Shown here piece by piece: positions 48,712 through 57,587 of a stretch of DNA of 64,000 nt. The stretch comes from Myxococcota bacterium (GTDB lineage Bacteria > Myxococcota_A > UBA9160 > SZUA-336): the NCBI GenBank assembly GCA_965247115.1, contig CBDFGR010000003.1, positions 1,792,001-1,856,000 on the forward strand. Reading direction: 5' to 3'. Within the stretch, counting starts at the first letter, position 1. Each line of letters opens with the position of its first letter. Under the pieces are notes generated by a model that had not been told where the DNA came from, did no database searches, and saw only the letters and a program-made list of their open reading frames with translations. The translations under genes were made by a program, and so were the position numbers.

Positions 48712-49934
48712 CCGACTACAAGCCCTCCCTGATCTCCTGGAACCTGACGAGGGCGTGCAACCTGCGCTGCCCGCACTGCTACATGGAGGGCGGACGGAAG
48801 GCAGAGAACGAGCTCACGACGGAGGAATGTCTGGGCCTGATCGACGAGATCAAGGCCCTCGGCACCGAAATGCTGATTCTGACCGGCGGCGAGCCGTTGC
48901 TGCGCAAGGACATCTACGACATCGCCCGCTACGCATCGAAGCGGGGGATCTGGGTCGTGATGGGGACCAACGGGGTTCTGGTCACCGACAGGGTCGTCCA
49001 CAAGATGATCGAGTGCGGTGTGAAGGGTGTGGCCATCAGCATCGATTCGCTCGAGCCAGCGAAACACAACCACTTTCGCGGCGGGCCGGATGCGTGGGAG
49101 TACTCGGTACGCGCGCTGGAGATCTGTCGGGCCAATGGCCTTCAAGTCCTGGTCCAGACCACGGTCATGGACATGAACTACGCCGAGATTCCCAAGCTGC
49201 TGGAGTTTGCCCGCGAGAAGGGGGCCTGGTCCTTCAATCTTTACTTCCTCGTCCAGACCGGCCGCGGCCAGCAGATGAACGATCTCTCGTCGGAACGGAC
49301 GGAAGCCATGCTCGCTCAGCTGGTGGACTGGCAGGATCGGTACCGTCCCATGCTGGTGCGCTCCAAGTGTGCGCCGCAGTTCAAGCAGATCGCCTACGAG
49401 AGGGGAGTGGGAGGTCTGGAGAGCGGCGGCTGCATGGCCGGCACCCAGTACTGTCGGATCACACCACAGGGCGACGTGACCCCGTGTCCCTACATGACCG
49501 CCGTCGCAGGCAACGTGCGTGACCAGAGCTTTGGCGAGATCTGGCGGACGTCATCCGTCTTGCGAGAGCTTCGCGACCTCTCGCAGCTCAAGGGACGCTG
49601 CGGCCGCTGCGAGTTCAACGAGCTGTGCGGCGGCTGCCGCTGCCGGGCCTACGCGGTCCACGGAGACTATCTGCAAGAGGACCCGGCCTGCCGCTATCAG
49701 CCAACCGGACGAACGCTCCAGCTCGCGGCCGTTCGCTGGAGCCCGGAAGCGGAGGCTCGGTTGGAGCGCATCCCCCTCGCCTTCATCCGCGGGAAGGTGA
49801 GGCAAGGCCTGGAGACCTACGCGGAACGCCAGGGGATCGACCTGATCACACCCGACGTGATGAAGGAAGCCCTGGCTGGCGAGGAGCGATCCGAGATGTT
49901 CGGCAAGCTGCCGCGCTTGTCAAAGCCGGACTGA
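48699..49934 (+). CDS. Radical SAM/SPASM protein (AhbC/AhbD/NirJ-like) with a C-terminal PCP_red-like domain
   Basis: CNLRCPHC, TGGEP, SPASM GCMAG...PCPY...CGRC...CGGCRCRA...DPAC; tail WSPEAEARLERIPLAFIRGKV. Confidence 0.9.
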   Translation: MAELADYKPSLISWNLTRACNLRCPHCYMEGGRKAENELTTEECLGLIDEIKALGTEMLILTGGEPLLRKDIYDIARYASKRGIWVVMGTNGVLVTDRVVHKMIECGVKGVAISIDSLEPAKHNHFRGGPDAWEYSVRALEICRANGLQVLVQTTVMDMNYAEIPKLLEFAREKGAWSFNLYFLVQTGRGQQMNDLSSERTEAMLAQLVDWQDRYRPMLVRSKCAPQFKQIAYERGVGGLESGGCMAGTQYCRITPQGDVTPCPYMTAVAGNVRDQSFGEIWRTSSVLRELRDLSQLKGRCGRCEFNELCGGCRCRAYAVHGDYLQEDPACRYQPTGRTLQLAAVRWSPEAEARLERIPLAFIRGKVRQGLETYAERQGIDLITPDVMKEALAGEERSEMFGKLPRLSKPD

Positions 49935-49943
49935 GGGCCCCTT

Positions 49944-50360
49944 CTACATCCCGAAGAAGCTTCTGGCTTCCTCGAGCACCTCCACATCGATCTGCGCCAG
50001 CCCGCGGTCCTTGGCGAACTTCTCGATCCCGGTCTTGGCCATCGGACGCGCGAAGTCTGGGATGTTTGCCAGCCGCTCGCTCGCCTCGGGTGTCCACGGA
50101 AACGCCGCGCTCGAGCCGTCGAGGCTCGCGCCCATCTCCTGCATCACGCCGGGGAACGGGCACTTGCCGGCTGAGTCACCCTCGGGGCCGACCTGCACGC
50201 CCAGCGAGCCGACCACCTGGGTTTCGTAGGGATTCGTCAGCATGGCGAACTCGTGAGCGCACTCCGGACAGCGATACACGACGGTGAGTGAGCCTCGATC
50301 GGGCGGCTTCGCGTCGATCAGCTTCATGGCCTTGTCGCACGACACGCAGAGGAACTTCAT
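49944..50360 (-). CDS. Small zinc-ribbon (CxxC..CxxC) plus PCP_red-like protein
   Basis: FLCVSC, YRCPEC, KCPF, WTPEASERLANIPDFARPMAK. Confidence 0.8.
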   Translation of the reverse strand: MKFLCVSCDKAMKLIDAKPPDRGSLTVVYRCPECAHEFAMLTNPYETQVVGSLGVQVGPEGDSAGKCPFPGVMQEMGASLDGSSAAFPWTPEASERLANIPDFARPMAKTGIEKFAKDRGLAQIDVEVLEEARSFFGM

Positions 50361-51250
50361 GCTTTCTCCTCGAAGGCGGGGGCGGGCTCGGCGACGCGTT
50401 GGCAGACCCCCTCCGCGATCCGCCGCACGGGCTGCCAGGAAACCAGTTCGGGCACTTCGCAGGGGGAGCCGCCCCGATCGCAGAGCGCAGCTAGCTCGGG
50501 GTCGAAGGGTACGCTACCCAGGCACGGAAGATCGAGCTTCACCTGTGACTGCGCGGGGAACAGAGGCTTGACCTGCCCGCAGTCGGAGCAGTAGTAGCCG
50601 TCCATGTTACAGACGTACCCCAGGATCCGGTTCGGGGTCCTCGCGAGTGCATCGACCGAGCGCGTCACGACCCCGGTCGCCAGATCGGAGGGAATCGTGA
50701 CCAGCACGAATAGAGTCGCGGGGCCCAGGAGCTCGGCGTACTGCACGATCCGTTCGGCGCCCGGGGGCAGGTCGATCAGGAGGTAGTCGAGCTTCCCCCA
50801 GTCCATGCATGCCATGAGCTCACGCAGGAACGTGAACTCCTTGGTTGCCCGCCAGGTGTGCGACGACCCGTTCGCCACATTCTCGAACTCGACGGAACGC
50901 GGCTCGGGGATCAGGCTGCCCATCGAGACCACGCCGATCCCGTTCCGCGTCGTCGGAACCGGAGCCCCGCTCTCGCCAGGAAACAGCGGCCGGTCTTGCA
51001 CCGCTCCCAGGCGTGCCTGCGAAGGGCCGTTCAGATCGGCGTCCAGGATCGAGACCGTCTTCCCCAGCTCGCGCAGCGCGTACGCGAGCTGCATCGTGAG
51101 CGTGCTCTTCCCCACGCCCCCCTTGCCGGAACCGACGGCCAGCAGGTTCCGCACGCCGGAAAGGCTCCGGGTCACACTCTCCTGCTGGGCCTCGACCTGC
51201 TGCAGGATGTCGGATCCTCCGTCCCCTGCAATGTCGTGGTAGCTCTTCAC
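50357..51250 (-). CDS. Mrp/NBP35 (ApbC-like) P-loop ATPase
   Basis: GKGGVGKST, DADLNGPS, DYLLIDLPPG, NM...CSDC, LGSVPFDP. Confidence 0.9.
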   Translation of the reverse strand: MKSYHDIAGDGGSDILQQVEAQQESVTRSLSGVRNLLAVGSGKGGVGKSTLTMQLAYALRELGKTVSILDADLNGPSQARLGAVQDRPLFPGESGAPVPTTRNGIGVVSMGSLIPEPRSVEFENVANGSSHTWRATKEFTFLRELMACMDWGKLDYLLIDLPPGAERIVQYAELLGPATLFVLVTIPSDLATGVVTRSVDALARTPNRILGYVCNMDGYYCSDCGQVKPLFPAQSQVKLDLPCLGSVPFDPELAALCDRGGSPCEVPELVSWQPVRRIAEGVCQRVAEPAPAFEEKA

Positions 51251-51266
51251 GCTCTACTCCGCGGCA

Positions 51267-52142
51267 TCATCGCTGCGTTCGCGAGTCCGGGTTCGCCACG
51301 TAGCGGGTGTACGTTCGCGCACGCTGGAAGCCCATGGACTCGAGCCTATCCCATGAGATCTCCTCGCTCGAGACCCTCGGAATCGTCACCACGAGGGAGC
51401 CCGCCTGGCTAGCGACTCGAACCACCATCTCCAGCAGGACACGGGCCTCTGCTTCGCCGTCGCTCAGCTGTGTTCCGCCCAGGCCGACGATCTCGCGCTG
51501 ACCGTGTCGGGGAAGGTCGCGGAACAGCGCGCAGGCCTCGACCCGCGTCTCGGACGCGATGGCCAGCCCCTGGATCTGGTCCTTCCGGTTCTGCAGCGTG
51601 TCCAGGGCTCGCTCCCAGCTGCGGGAAACGGACGGGTCGAGGGCTCCGTAGCGCAGGAGGTCGTCCAGGCTGGCGGGGCTGACCACAGCCGTGTTCGCCG
51701 GGGGCGCGAGCGGCTTTGGCAGTGTGAAGTCGGCAAAGCTGTGCTCCGCCTCGTACCCGACGGCCTCGAACAAGGCGCCTACCGTCGGCAGGTCGTCGGG
51801 CACCTCCGCCACCATCCGGGGGGGACCCAGTACGGCGAGCTTTTGGCTCAGTGAGTCGAGCAGGTGCCGGGCGTGGCCTCGCCGCAGGAAGTCCGGATGG
51901 ACGCCGATCCTGTGGATCAGGGTTTCGCGTTCCCGCTTGGCGCCCGTGACCACGCCGATGGGATCGCGGTCGGCCGACGCCACCATGCAGCTGCTGCACC
52001 AGACGTTGAGCTCGCGGATCTCCCGCTTGAAATCCCCCGTGGACAGCGCGGCTTGATCCGAAAAGTGAACGGTGTAGCACGCGTTCAGCGCGTCGGTCAG
52101 GAGCGCGATGTCGTCGGTTCTGCAGAAGCGGTAAGCGGGCAT
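51267..52142 (-). CDS. GNAT family N-acetyltransferase
   Basis: IGVHPDFLRRGHARHLL acetyl-CoA-binding motif. Confidence 0.8.
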   Translation of the reverse strand: MPAYRFCRTDDIALLTDALNACYTVHFSDQAALSTGDFKREIRELNVWCSSCMVASADRDPIGVVTGAKRERETLIHRIGVHPDFLRRGHARHLLDSLSQKLAVLGPPRMVAEVPDDLPTVGALFEAVGYEAEHSFADFTLPKPLAPPANTAVVSPASLDDLLRYGALDPSVSRSWERALDTLQNRKDQIQGLAIASETRVEACALFRDLPRHGQREIVGLGGTQLSDGEAEARVLLEMVVRVASQAGSLVVTIPRVSSEEISWDRLESMGFQRARTYTRYVANPDSRTQR

Positions 52143-52152
52143 GGTCTGGTCA

Positions 52153-52268
52153 GGCGGGTTATCGGCGGGCGGAGCCCGCCTGCCCGAACGGCCAGCCTAC
52201 GGCTGGCCTCGGGCGGGTTATCGGCGGGCGAAGCCCCCTTGCCCGAACGGTCAGCCTACGGCTGGCCT
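52153..52268. repeat. Two tandem ~57-bp units (period 59), each with hairpins
   Basis: ggcgggttatcggcgggcg..gcccgaacggYcagcctacggctggcct, twice. Confidence 0.9.
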
Positions 52269-52271
52269 GGG

Positions 52272-54347
52272 TCACTCCTGTTTCTCCCCGGACCCCTCTT
52301 GCTGGGTCAGGAGCAGCCGCATGGCCGCCAGCTCGTTCATCGGGCTCACCTCGTTCAGCGGCTCGTCGCCAGTGCTGCTCGCCTCGGACTCGCGTTTTTG
52401 TGCGGCGGGGCACTGCGCGGCTGCGGCGCGTTCGTCGCGGCGCTCGTTTTCAGAGTCGACACCATTCTGGGAGACCATCTCGGCCATCATCTGCAGGCCG
52501 AGCTCGATACCGGCTTCGACGCGCGGGAGGTCGATCTCCCCACCTGCCGCCTCCCGAGCCAGCTCCTCGATCCGCGCCTGGGTCCGGTCTCGCATGAAGC
52601 CGGCGGGGACGCGTTGGATGCGCGCGATCGCGTCCTCGGTCCAGTCGAATTCAGAGAACAGCGGCGCGCGCCGGGCATCCCGCGCGATCAATCTCTTTCC
52701 ATCCGTCTCGGCCTCGGCGATCCGCTCGGCGTCCTCCGCGCCCTGCTCCGGCGCGGCGGCGAAGGGCAGGCCCGTCTCCTCCTCGATCAGCTTCCGGGCG
52801 AACTCGAGCGTCACGGTCTTCTGCCTCCGCAGCCGGGCTGACTTCTCGATCCGCGCCTTCGTGCGCCGCCGCAGGTAGGCCTCTTCGATTCCGAGCATCG
52901 CTCGGCGGGCCTCTTTGGTCCATTGCAGCTTGCGTCCGTCGTAGCTCGGCTCGTCGGCGGCCCCGCCCTCGCTCTTGACGAGGCGCTCGACCATCTCGGC
53001 CGTCAGGATCTCGAAGCTCGTGCCGCCACATACACTACACAGTGCGGGGTCGGGCTCGCGCGCGGTCAGCCCGCAGCTCTCGCACACGGCCACGGCCTGC
53101 TCCTGCGACCTACCGATGGCGACCGCCTCCGCCAGCCTGTTCATCGGGGCTTGCTTGGGCATGAAGCGCGCCATCGCTTCGTCCAAGAGCGAGCTGGTGA
53201 CGACGCTGTGACCCTTCTCCAGCGCCAGCCGCAAGATCGCCGTGCGCGCGATGCCCACGACCAGCTTGGGAACGCGCTCCATCCGCTCCTCGGCTTCTCG
53301 AGTCCACTTGATGCTCTCCTCCGCGCGGACGTCGAGCTCGGGCCGAGCGACTCGCGTGGTCAGCAGAATGTCGCACTCGGAGAGCCGCAGAAGGTTCTCC
53401 GAATTGCTCCCCAGGTTGGGGTCGTCCGGATCGCTGTGGACCCCGATCCGGCCCAGCACGAGCAGCCAGGGCTTGGTCTTGGTCGCGTGGTCGTGGATCT
53501 TCTGAAAGGTCTTGCCGTCGAGGAGGGTCTTGCCGACCTCGGTGCCCTCTGCGCCCGCCATCTGGTGGGCGACTTCCAGGTGAGACTGGTAGATCTGGGC
53601 GAGGCCGGTGTCGATGATCTCCTCGTGGAGCTGGTTCTGCTCCTCGAAGCGGAAGACCTTCGACGCCTTCTCGGTGAGGGTCCCGACCAGCCCGTTGAAT
53701 ACGAGGTAGTGGAGGTAGGGGTCGTACACGCCGATGAGCTCGACTCGCTTGTTGAACGCCCTGGCCAGCTCGAGCGCGGTCTCCAGCGCCCCGAACGACT
53801 GCGGGCTCCCGTCGATGCCGACGAGGATCGTGTCCCGCTCCGGCTCGTCCTTCTTGGGCACGTGCTTCGTCACCCAGACGTCCTGGGAACACGAACGGGC
53901 CACGCGCTCGCAGACCGATCCGATCTGGCTGTCGCGCTGACGTCCGAGACCCAGCGCTCCCAGGACCACCAGGTCGCAGTCCGACTCTTCCAGATCCCGG
54001 CGGATCTCGACGTGATGCTTCCCGTCGATCATGCGGCCCTCGAAAGGCAGCTCCTCTCTTGCGCAGCGCTGTTTCATGCTTTCGAGGTAGCTGTCCGAGA
54101 TCAGCTCGAGCCCCATGGTGATCAGGCTGTCGTGGATCTTCCGCTGCCGCTCGAGCTCGTTCTCCTCCAGATACTCTTCCGGGAGCGAGTACTCCATCTG
54201 CTTGAAGCGGTAGTCGTGCATCTTGGCCGCGTAGACGTGACAGCCCACCAACTCGGAGCTGAAGGCCTTGCCGACGCGCACCGCGGACTCGATGGCCCGG
54301 TTGGAGTGTGCCGAGTTGTCGACGGGCACGTAGATCTTCTTGTACAT
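52272..54347 (-). CDS. Tandem universal stress protein with a rubredoxin-like CxxC pair and three PCP_red-like domains
   Basis: YKKIYVPVDNS and ILVGIDGS USP starts, GSVCERV, CESC..CSVC, three W-T-x-E/D-A units; GGAGG RBS. Confidence 0.88.
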   Translation of the reverse strand: MYKKIYVPVDNSAHSNRAIESAVRVGKAFSSELVGCHVYAAKMHDYRFKQMEYSLPEEYLEENELERQRKIHDSLITMGLELISDSYLESMKQRCAREELPFEGRMIDGKHHVEIRRDLEESDCDLVVLGALGLGRQRDSQIGSVCERVARSCSQDVWVTKHVPKKDEPERDTILVGIDGSPQSFGALETALELARAFNKRVELIGVYDPYLHYLVFNGLVGTLTEKASKVFRFEEQNQLHEEIIDTGLAQIYQSHLEVAHQMAGAEGTEVGKTLLDGKTFQKIHDHATKTKPWLLVLGRIGVHSDPDDPNLGSNSENLLRLSECDILLTTRVARPELDVRAEESIKWTREAEERMERVPKLVVGIARTAILRLALEKGHSVVTSSLLDEAMARFMPKQAPMNRLAEAVAIGRSQEQAVAVCESCGLTAREPDPALCSVCGGTSFEILTAEMVERLVKSEGGAADEPSYDGRKLQWTKEARRAMLGIEEAYLRRRTKARIEKSARLRRQKTVTLEFARKLIEEETGLPFAAAPEQGAEDAERIAEAETDGKRLIARDARRAPLFSEFDWTEDAIARIQRVPAGFMRDRTQARIEELAREAAGGEIDLPRVEAGIELGLQMMAEMVSQNGVDSENERRDERAAAAQCPAAQKRESEASSTGDEPLNEVSPMNELAAMRLLLTQQEGSGEKQE

Positions 54348-54382
54348 CGCTGCCTCCGTGTTTGGAGCCGGGGTTGTCATGC

Positions 54383-55927
54383 TCACGACTCTCGGACCTC
54401 CTGGTGCGCGGGTGCCTGCGGCTGCTCATTCGCCCAGCGCCGGCGAAAGGCGCGAAGCCCGATCATCTCGCCGACGGCCGCCAGGAAGATCACGGCGATC
54501 GGCCAGACGTAGGCCGTGAGCGGCGTTTCGGGCTCGAGCAACAGGTAGTACCAGCGAGAGATCGCGCGCTGCTTGCCTTCTTCGTTGCGATCGCCGTCCC
54601 AGATGTTCCAGGCGATCGGGATCATCTGGCCGGGCGTAAAGGCGACCTCGTCGTCCTGGCTTGCCCCCAGGCTGCGGCGCAAGACGACCCGGTACTGCCC
54701 ATCCTGGTACGCGCCGACGGCGCTCACCGGCGAGGGCCGGGGTGTCACGTCGTCCATGCCACGGGTCAGGAAGGTCTCGGTCTCGCCTCCGGCGCTCCAT
54801 TGCCAGCTATCGACCGGACGTCGGCGGTCGCCCATCAGGAAATAGGGCTTCTTTCCCTCCTCGAGCTCACGCGCGGGGAAGAGGACCGACACCCGATCGG
54901 TCGGCCTGGCGTTGCTGCCATCATCGTGGAACCGGTCGTGCCAGACGAGGAGCAGGGCGAGCTCGCGCTCGTCGAACAGGACCCGTGCGTTCACGCTCTG
55001 AACCGAGGGATTGAACAGCCTCGGTCGCTGGATGATCTGCCCGGCCATGCGGACGTCGAGTGCCGGAACCTCGTCCCAGGCCGGCGCGAACGGATCGTCG
55101 GGAATGGAGTCGGTCTTCGTACCCCGTACGATCTCGCCCCAGACGGGCTTGCGGCCGATGCTCTCGGTGTAGTTCGCCAGGTGCGCCAGATCCTCGTGGG
55201 CCCACGCGTCGGAGAAGGAGGGCATGGGCGTACCGTTCACGCCCGTTGTCAGGGTCCTGTAGATATCCTGTGCGGTGCTTCCGCCGCGCAGGACCCAGGG
55301 CTGGGTGAGGTCGGCGGGCCAGATCTTGTTTCCCCACTCGTCCTCTTGCTCGGATGCCGAGGGTCCGTTCCCGCGCCCGCTCTCGCCATGGCACTTGGCG
55401 CACTCCGCCTTCACGTAGACCTCGGCGCCGCGTGCAAGGCTCTCGGGCGAGGCCTCTGGCAGCCCGTCGATCAGGAACTCCTGCTCCGCGGGGTAGTCCG
55501 CGAAGTCCTCGCTGAAGCTCTTGAGGTAGTCCACCAGCTGCCAGATCTGCTCGTCGCTGAGGATCCCCTGCCACTCGGGCATGGAGGTGCCGGGCATGCC
55601 CTTGCGGACGATCTGGAACAGATCGAGGTCGGTCGGGAGCTCGCCCTGCATCGTCGTGCGAATCTTGTAGACGCCTCGCCGGAAGTCCCTGGGACGCGGG
55701 TCGAGCAGGTCGGCCATCAAGCCCTGGCCATCCCCCTCCGCTCCGTGGCACTGCTCGCAGTGGTCGGCGTACAGCGCCTTCCCGGCGGCCAGATTCTCTG
55801 GGCTGGTCTCGCGAGGGCTCGGCGGAGCCAGACGGAAGCCGCGCGACTCGAAGTCCTGCGCCGTTGCGCCGGCGGGCAAGAGAAGTGCGCCGGCGAGCAG
55901 GGCTATGACGCAGCGTGCGTGCGTCAT
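54383..55927 (-). CDS. Diheme cytochrome c with an EB_dh/DOMON-like domain and a C-terminal TM anchor
   Basis: Signal peptide, CEQCH, CAKCH, GTSMP, GTPMP, KPYFLMGD, IAWNIWDG. Confidence 0.88.
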   Translation of the reverse strand: MTHARCVIALLAGALLLPAGATAQDFESRGFRLAPPSPRETSPENLAAGKALYADHCEQCHGAEGDGQGLMADLLDPRPRDFRRGVYKIRTTMQGELPTDLDLFQIVRKGMPGTSMPEWQGILSDEQIWQLVDYLKSFSEDFADYPAEQEFLIDGLPEASPESLARGAEVYVKAECAKCHGESGRGNGPSASEQEDEWGNKIWPADLTQPWVLRGGSTAQDIYRTLTTGVNGTPMPSFSDAWAHEDLAHLANYTESIGRKPVWGEIVRGTKTDSIPDDPFAPAWDEVPALDVRMAGQIIQRPRLFNPSVQSVNARVLFDERELALLLVWHDRFHDDGSNARPTDRVSVLFPARELEEGKKPYFLMGDRRRPVDSWQWSAGGETETFLTRGMDDVTPRPSPVSAVGAYQDGQYRVVLRRSLGASQDDEVAFTPGQMIPIAWNIWDGDRNEEGKQRAISRWYYLLLEPETPLTAYVWPIAVIFLAAVGEMIGLRAFRRRWANEQPQAPAHQEVRES

Positions 55928-56674
55928 TCAGTGCCCCTCCGCGGAGCTCGACGCCCGCGGCGTGTAGCCTGCGGCGTCGTAGATGTAGGCGACCACCTGC
56001 CAGATCTCTTCTTCTGTCAGAAGGTCCTGCCAGATCGGCATGGAGGAGTTCCAGGGAGTCGCACCGTCCGGGAGCCCGGGACCGCCTGTGGCGACGCGCC
56101 AGAAGACGTAGGTCTCCTCCAGCTGCGCGATCGTGCCGCTGTCGCGAAAGTTGGCCGGCAGCGGGTTCACCGCGTCGGCGAAGTGGCCCTGCCCGTTCAG
56201 GTAGTCGCCATGGCAGTACATGCAGTTGCGGTAGTAGACGCGTCGACCCGCGGCGAGGTTCTCCGCGTTCACCTCCATGCCCTCAGGACGGTGGCCGCCG
56301 AGCACATCGAAGTCAGCCCCGTGCAGGCGGAAGATCGCCGGGGGCTCGGGGTGAATCACGCGAGCCTCGAACGGCGGGTCGAAGCGCGGCCGGACGCTGT
56401 TGAACGTGTACCAGCCGAGTAGCAGCGGAACGGCGACGAGCACCCCCAGCCTGGGAGCGGCGAGATGGCGCTCCCGCAACAGTGTCACGAGGGGGGCCAG
56501 AAAGGCCGCCGTGCGTTCCTGGTCGGCCAGGATGTACACGAGGATGGCGACGGTGGTGATCGCCATGTACAGGCCCATGACCTGGCCCGGGATCGGCGGC
56601 TGGACGCCGAACCGGAGCGCCGCCCACACCCCGAGCCAGACGAGCGCAGCCAGCGGGAGCGCGAGCCTACGCAT
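55928..56674 (-). CDS. Membrane-anchored monoheme cytochrome c
   Basis: N-terminal TM segments, CMYCHG, SSMPIW. Confidence 0.88.
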   Translation of the reverse strand: MRRLALPLAALVWLGVWAALRFGVQPPIPGQVMGLYMAITTVAILVYILADQERTAAFLAPLVTLLRERHLAAPRLGVLVAVPLLLGWYTFNSVRPRFDPPFEARVIHPEPPAIFRLHGADFDVLGGHRPEGMEVNAENLAAGRRVYYRNCMYCHGDYLNGQGHFADAVNPLPANFRDSGTIAQLEETYVFWRVATGGPGLPDGATPWNSSMPIWQDLLTEEEIWQVVAYIYDAAGYTPRASSSAEGH

Positions 56675-57587
56675 TCTGGTCTCCAGACGCGACTGCCCGA
56701 CGGATCGCCAGCCTGCGCATGATCCACACCCCCCCGTTGAACAGCACGATCAGGGACACGAGCGGCACTGCCGGGTGGGCGAGGCGCTCGGAGAGCGACA
56801 CCTCGCCCGAGAGGTAGCTCACGATCTGGTCGAGCTCCTCGGTTGGCACCGTCTCTGCGAAGTCCTGCAGCATGAGTCCCGGCGGGAAGCCCTCCGCGAT
56901 GACGGAGTTCGGATCCGTGATCGACTGGCGGATCTCCGCTGCCGACAGCCGCTCGCGCACGTTCGTGAGGGGAGGGCCCACGAGCCGGATGGTTCCGTTC
57001 ACGTCGTGGCACGCGATGCAGCCGTGCCTGGTGACGAGGTCCCTGCCCGGGTGGGTGTCGACCGCGGCCGTCGGTTGCTCCTTCTTGGTCGCCGCTGCTG
57101 CAACATCTTGGGCCGTGATCTCGACCGTGACCTCGCCGCCGAGCGACTGCAGGTAGGCGATCAGCGCCTTGAGCTCGGTCGGGGCCAGGTCTGCCGGTGG
57201 CAGGGTCGCGACCGGCATGATGGTCAGGCCGCCGGCGGCGGCGAACTCCTCGACCACGTACGCGCCCGGGTCGACGAGCGATTCGACCAGGTAGGCCTCG
57301 GCGCTCATGCCAGGCTTGCGCGACGCGGCCCGGGCGCCTATGCCGCGGAGATCGGGCCCGCGGTTGTTTCCCTGCTCGGTGACCTTGTGGCAGAGCAGGC
57401 AACCCCCCCTCGCTCCGAGCAGGGTTCTGCCCATGCTGACCAGTGCGTCGGTATCGGTGTCGACGCTGATCTCTAGCTCGGGCGGCGGATGCTCCTCCGT
57501 CTGCGTCAACCAGAACTGACCGATCGACCCGTAGAAGACGGTGATCACGATCACGAACAGGAGGATTCTCAGGAAGACGGCTCTCAC
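56667..57587 (-). CDS. Membrane-anchored diheme cytochrome c
   Basis: CLLCH, CIACH, N- and C-terminal TM segments. Confidence 0.88.
   Translation of the reverse strand: MRAVFLRILLFVIVITVFYGSIGQFWLTQTEEHPPPELEISVDTDTDALVSMGRTLLGARGGCLLCHKVTEQGNNRGPDLRGIGARAASRKPGMSAEAYLVESLVDPGAYVVEEFAAAGGLTIMPVATLPPADLAPTELKALIAYLQSLGGEVTVEITAQDVAAAATKKEQPTAAVDTHPGRDLVTRHGCIACHDVNGTIRLVGPPLTNVRERLSAAEIRQSITDPNSVIAEGFPPGLMLQDFAETVPTEELDQIVSYLSGEVSLSERLAHPAVPLVSLIVLFNGGVWIMRRLAIRRAVASGDQNA

Noticed and set aside
49944..54347. Chlorophyll biosynthesis or nitrogenase-like genes suggested by PCP_red plus a P-loop ATPase
   Set aside because: No BchN/BchB or NifD/K catalytic domains are present, and the ATPase has Mrp/ApbC rather than NifH/BchL motifs
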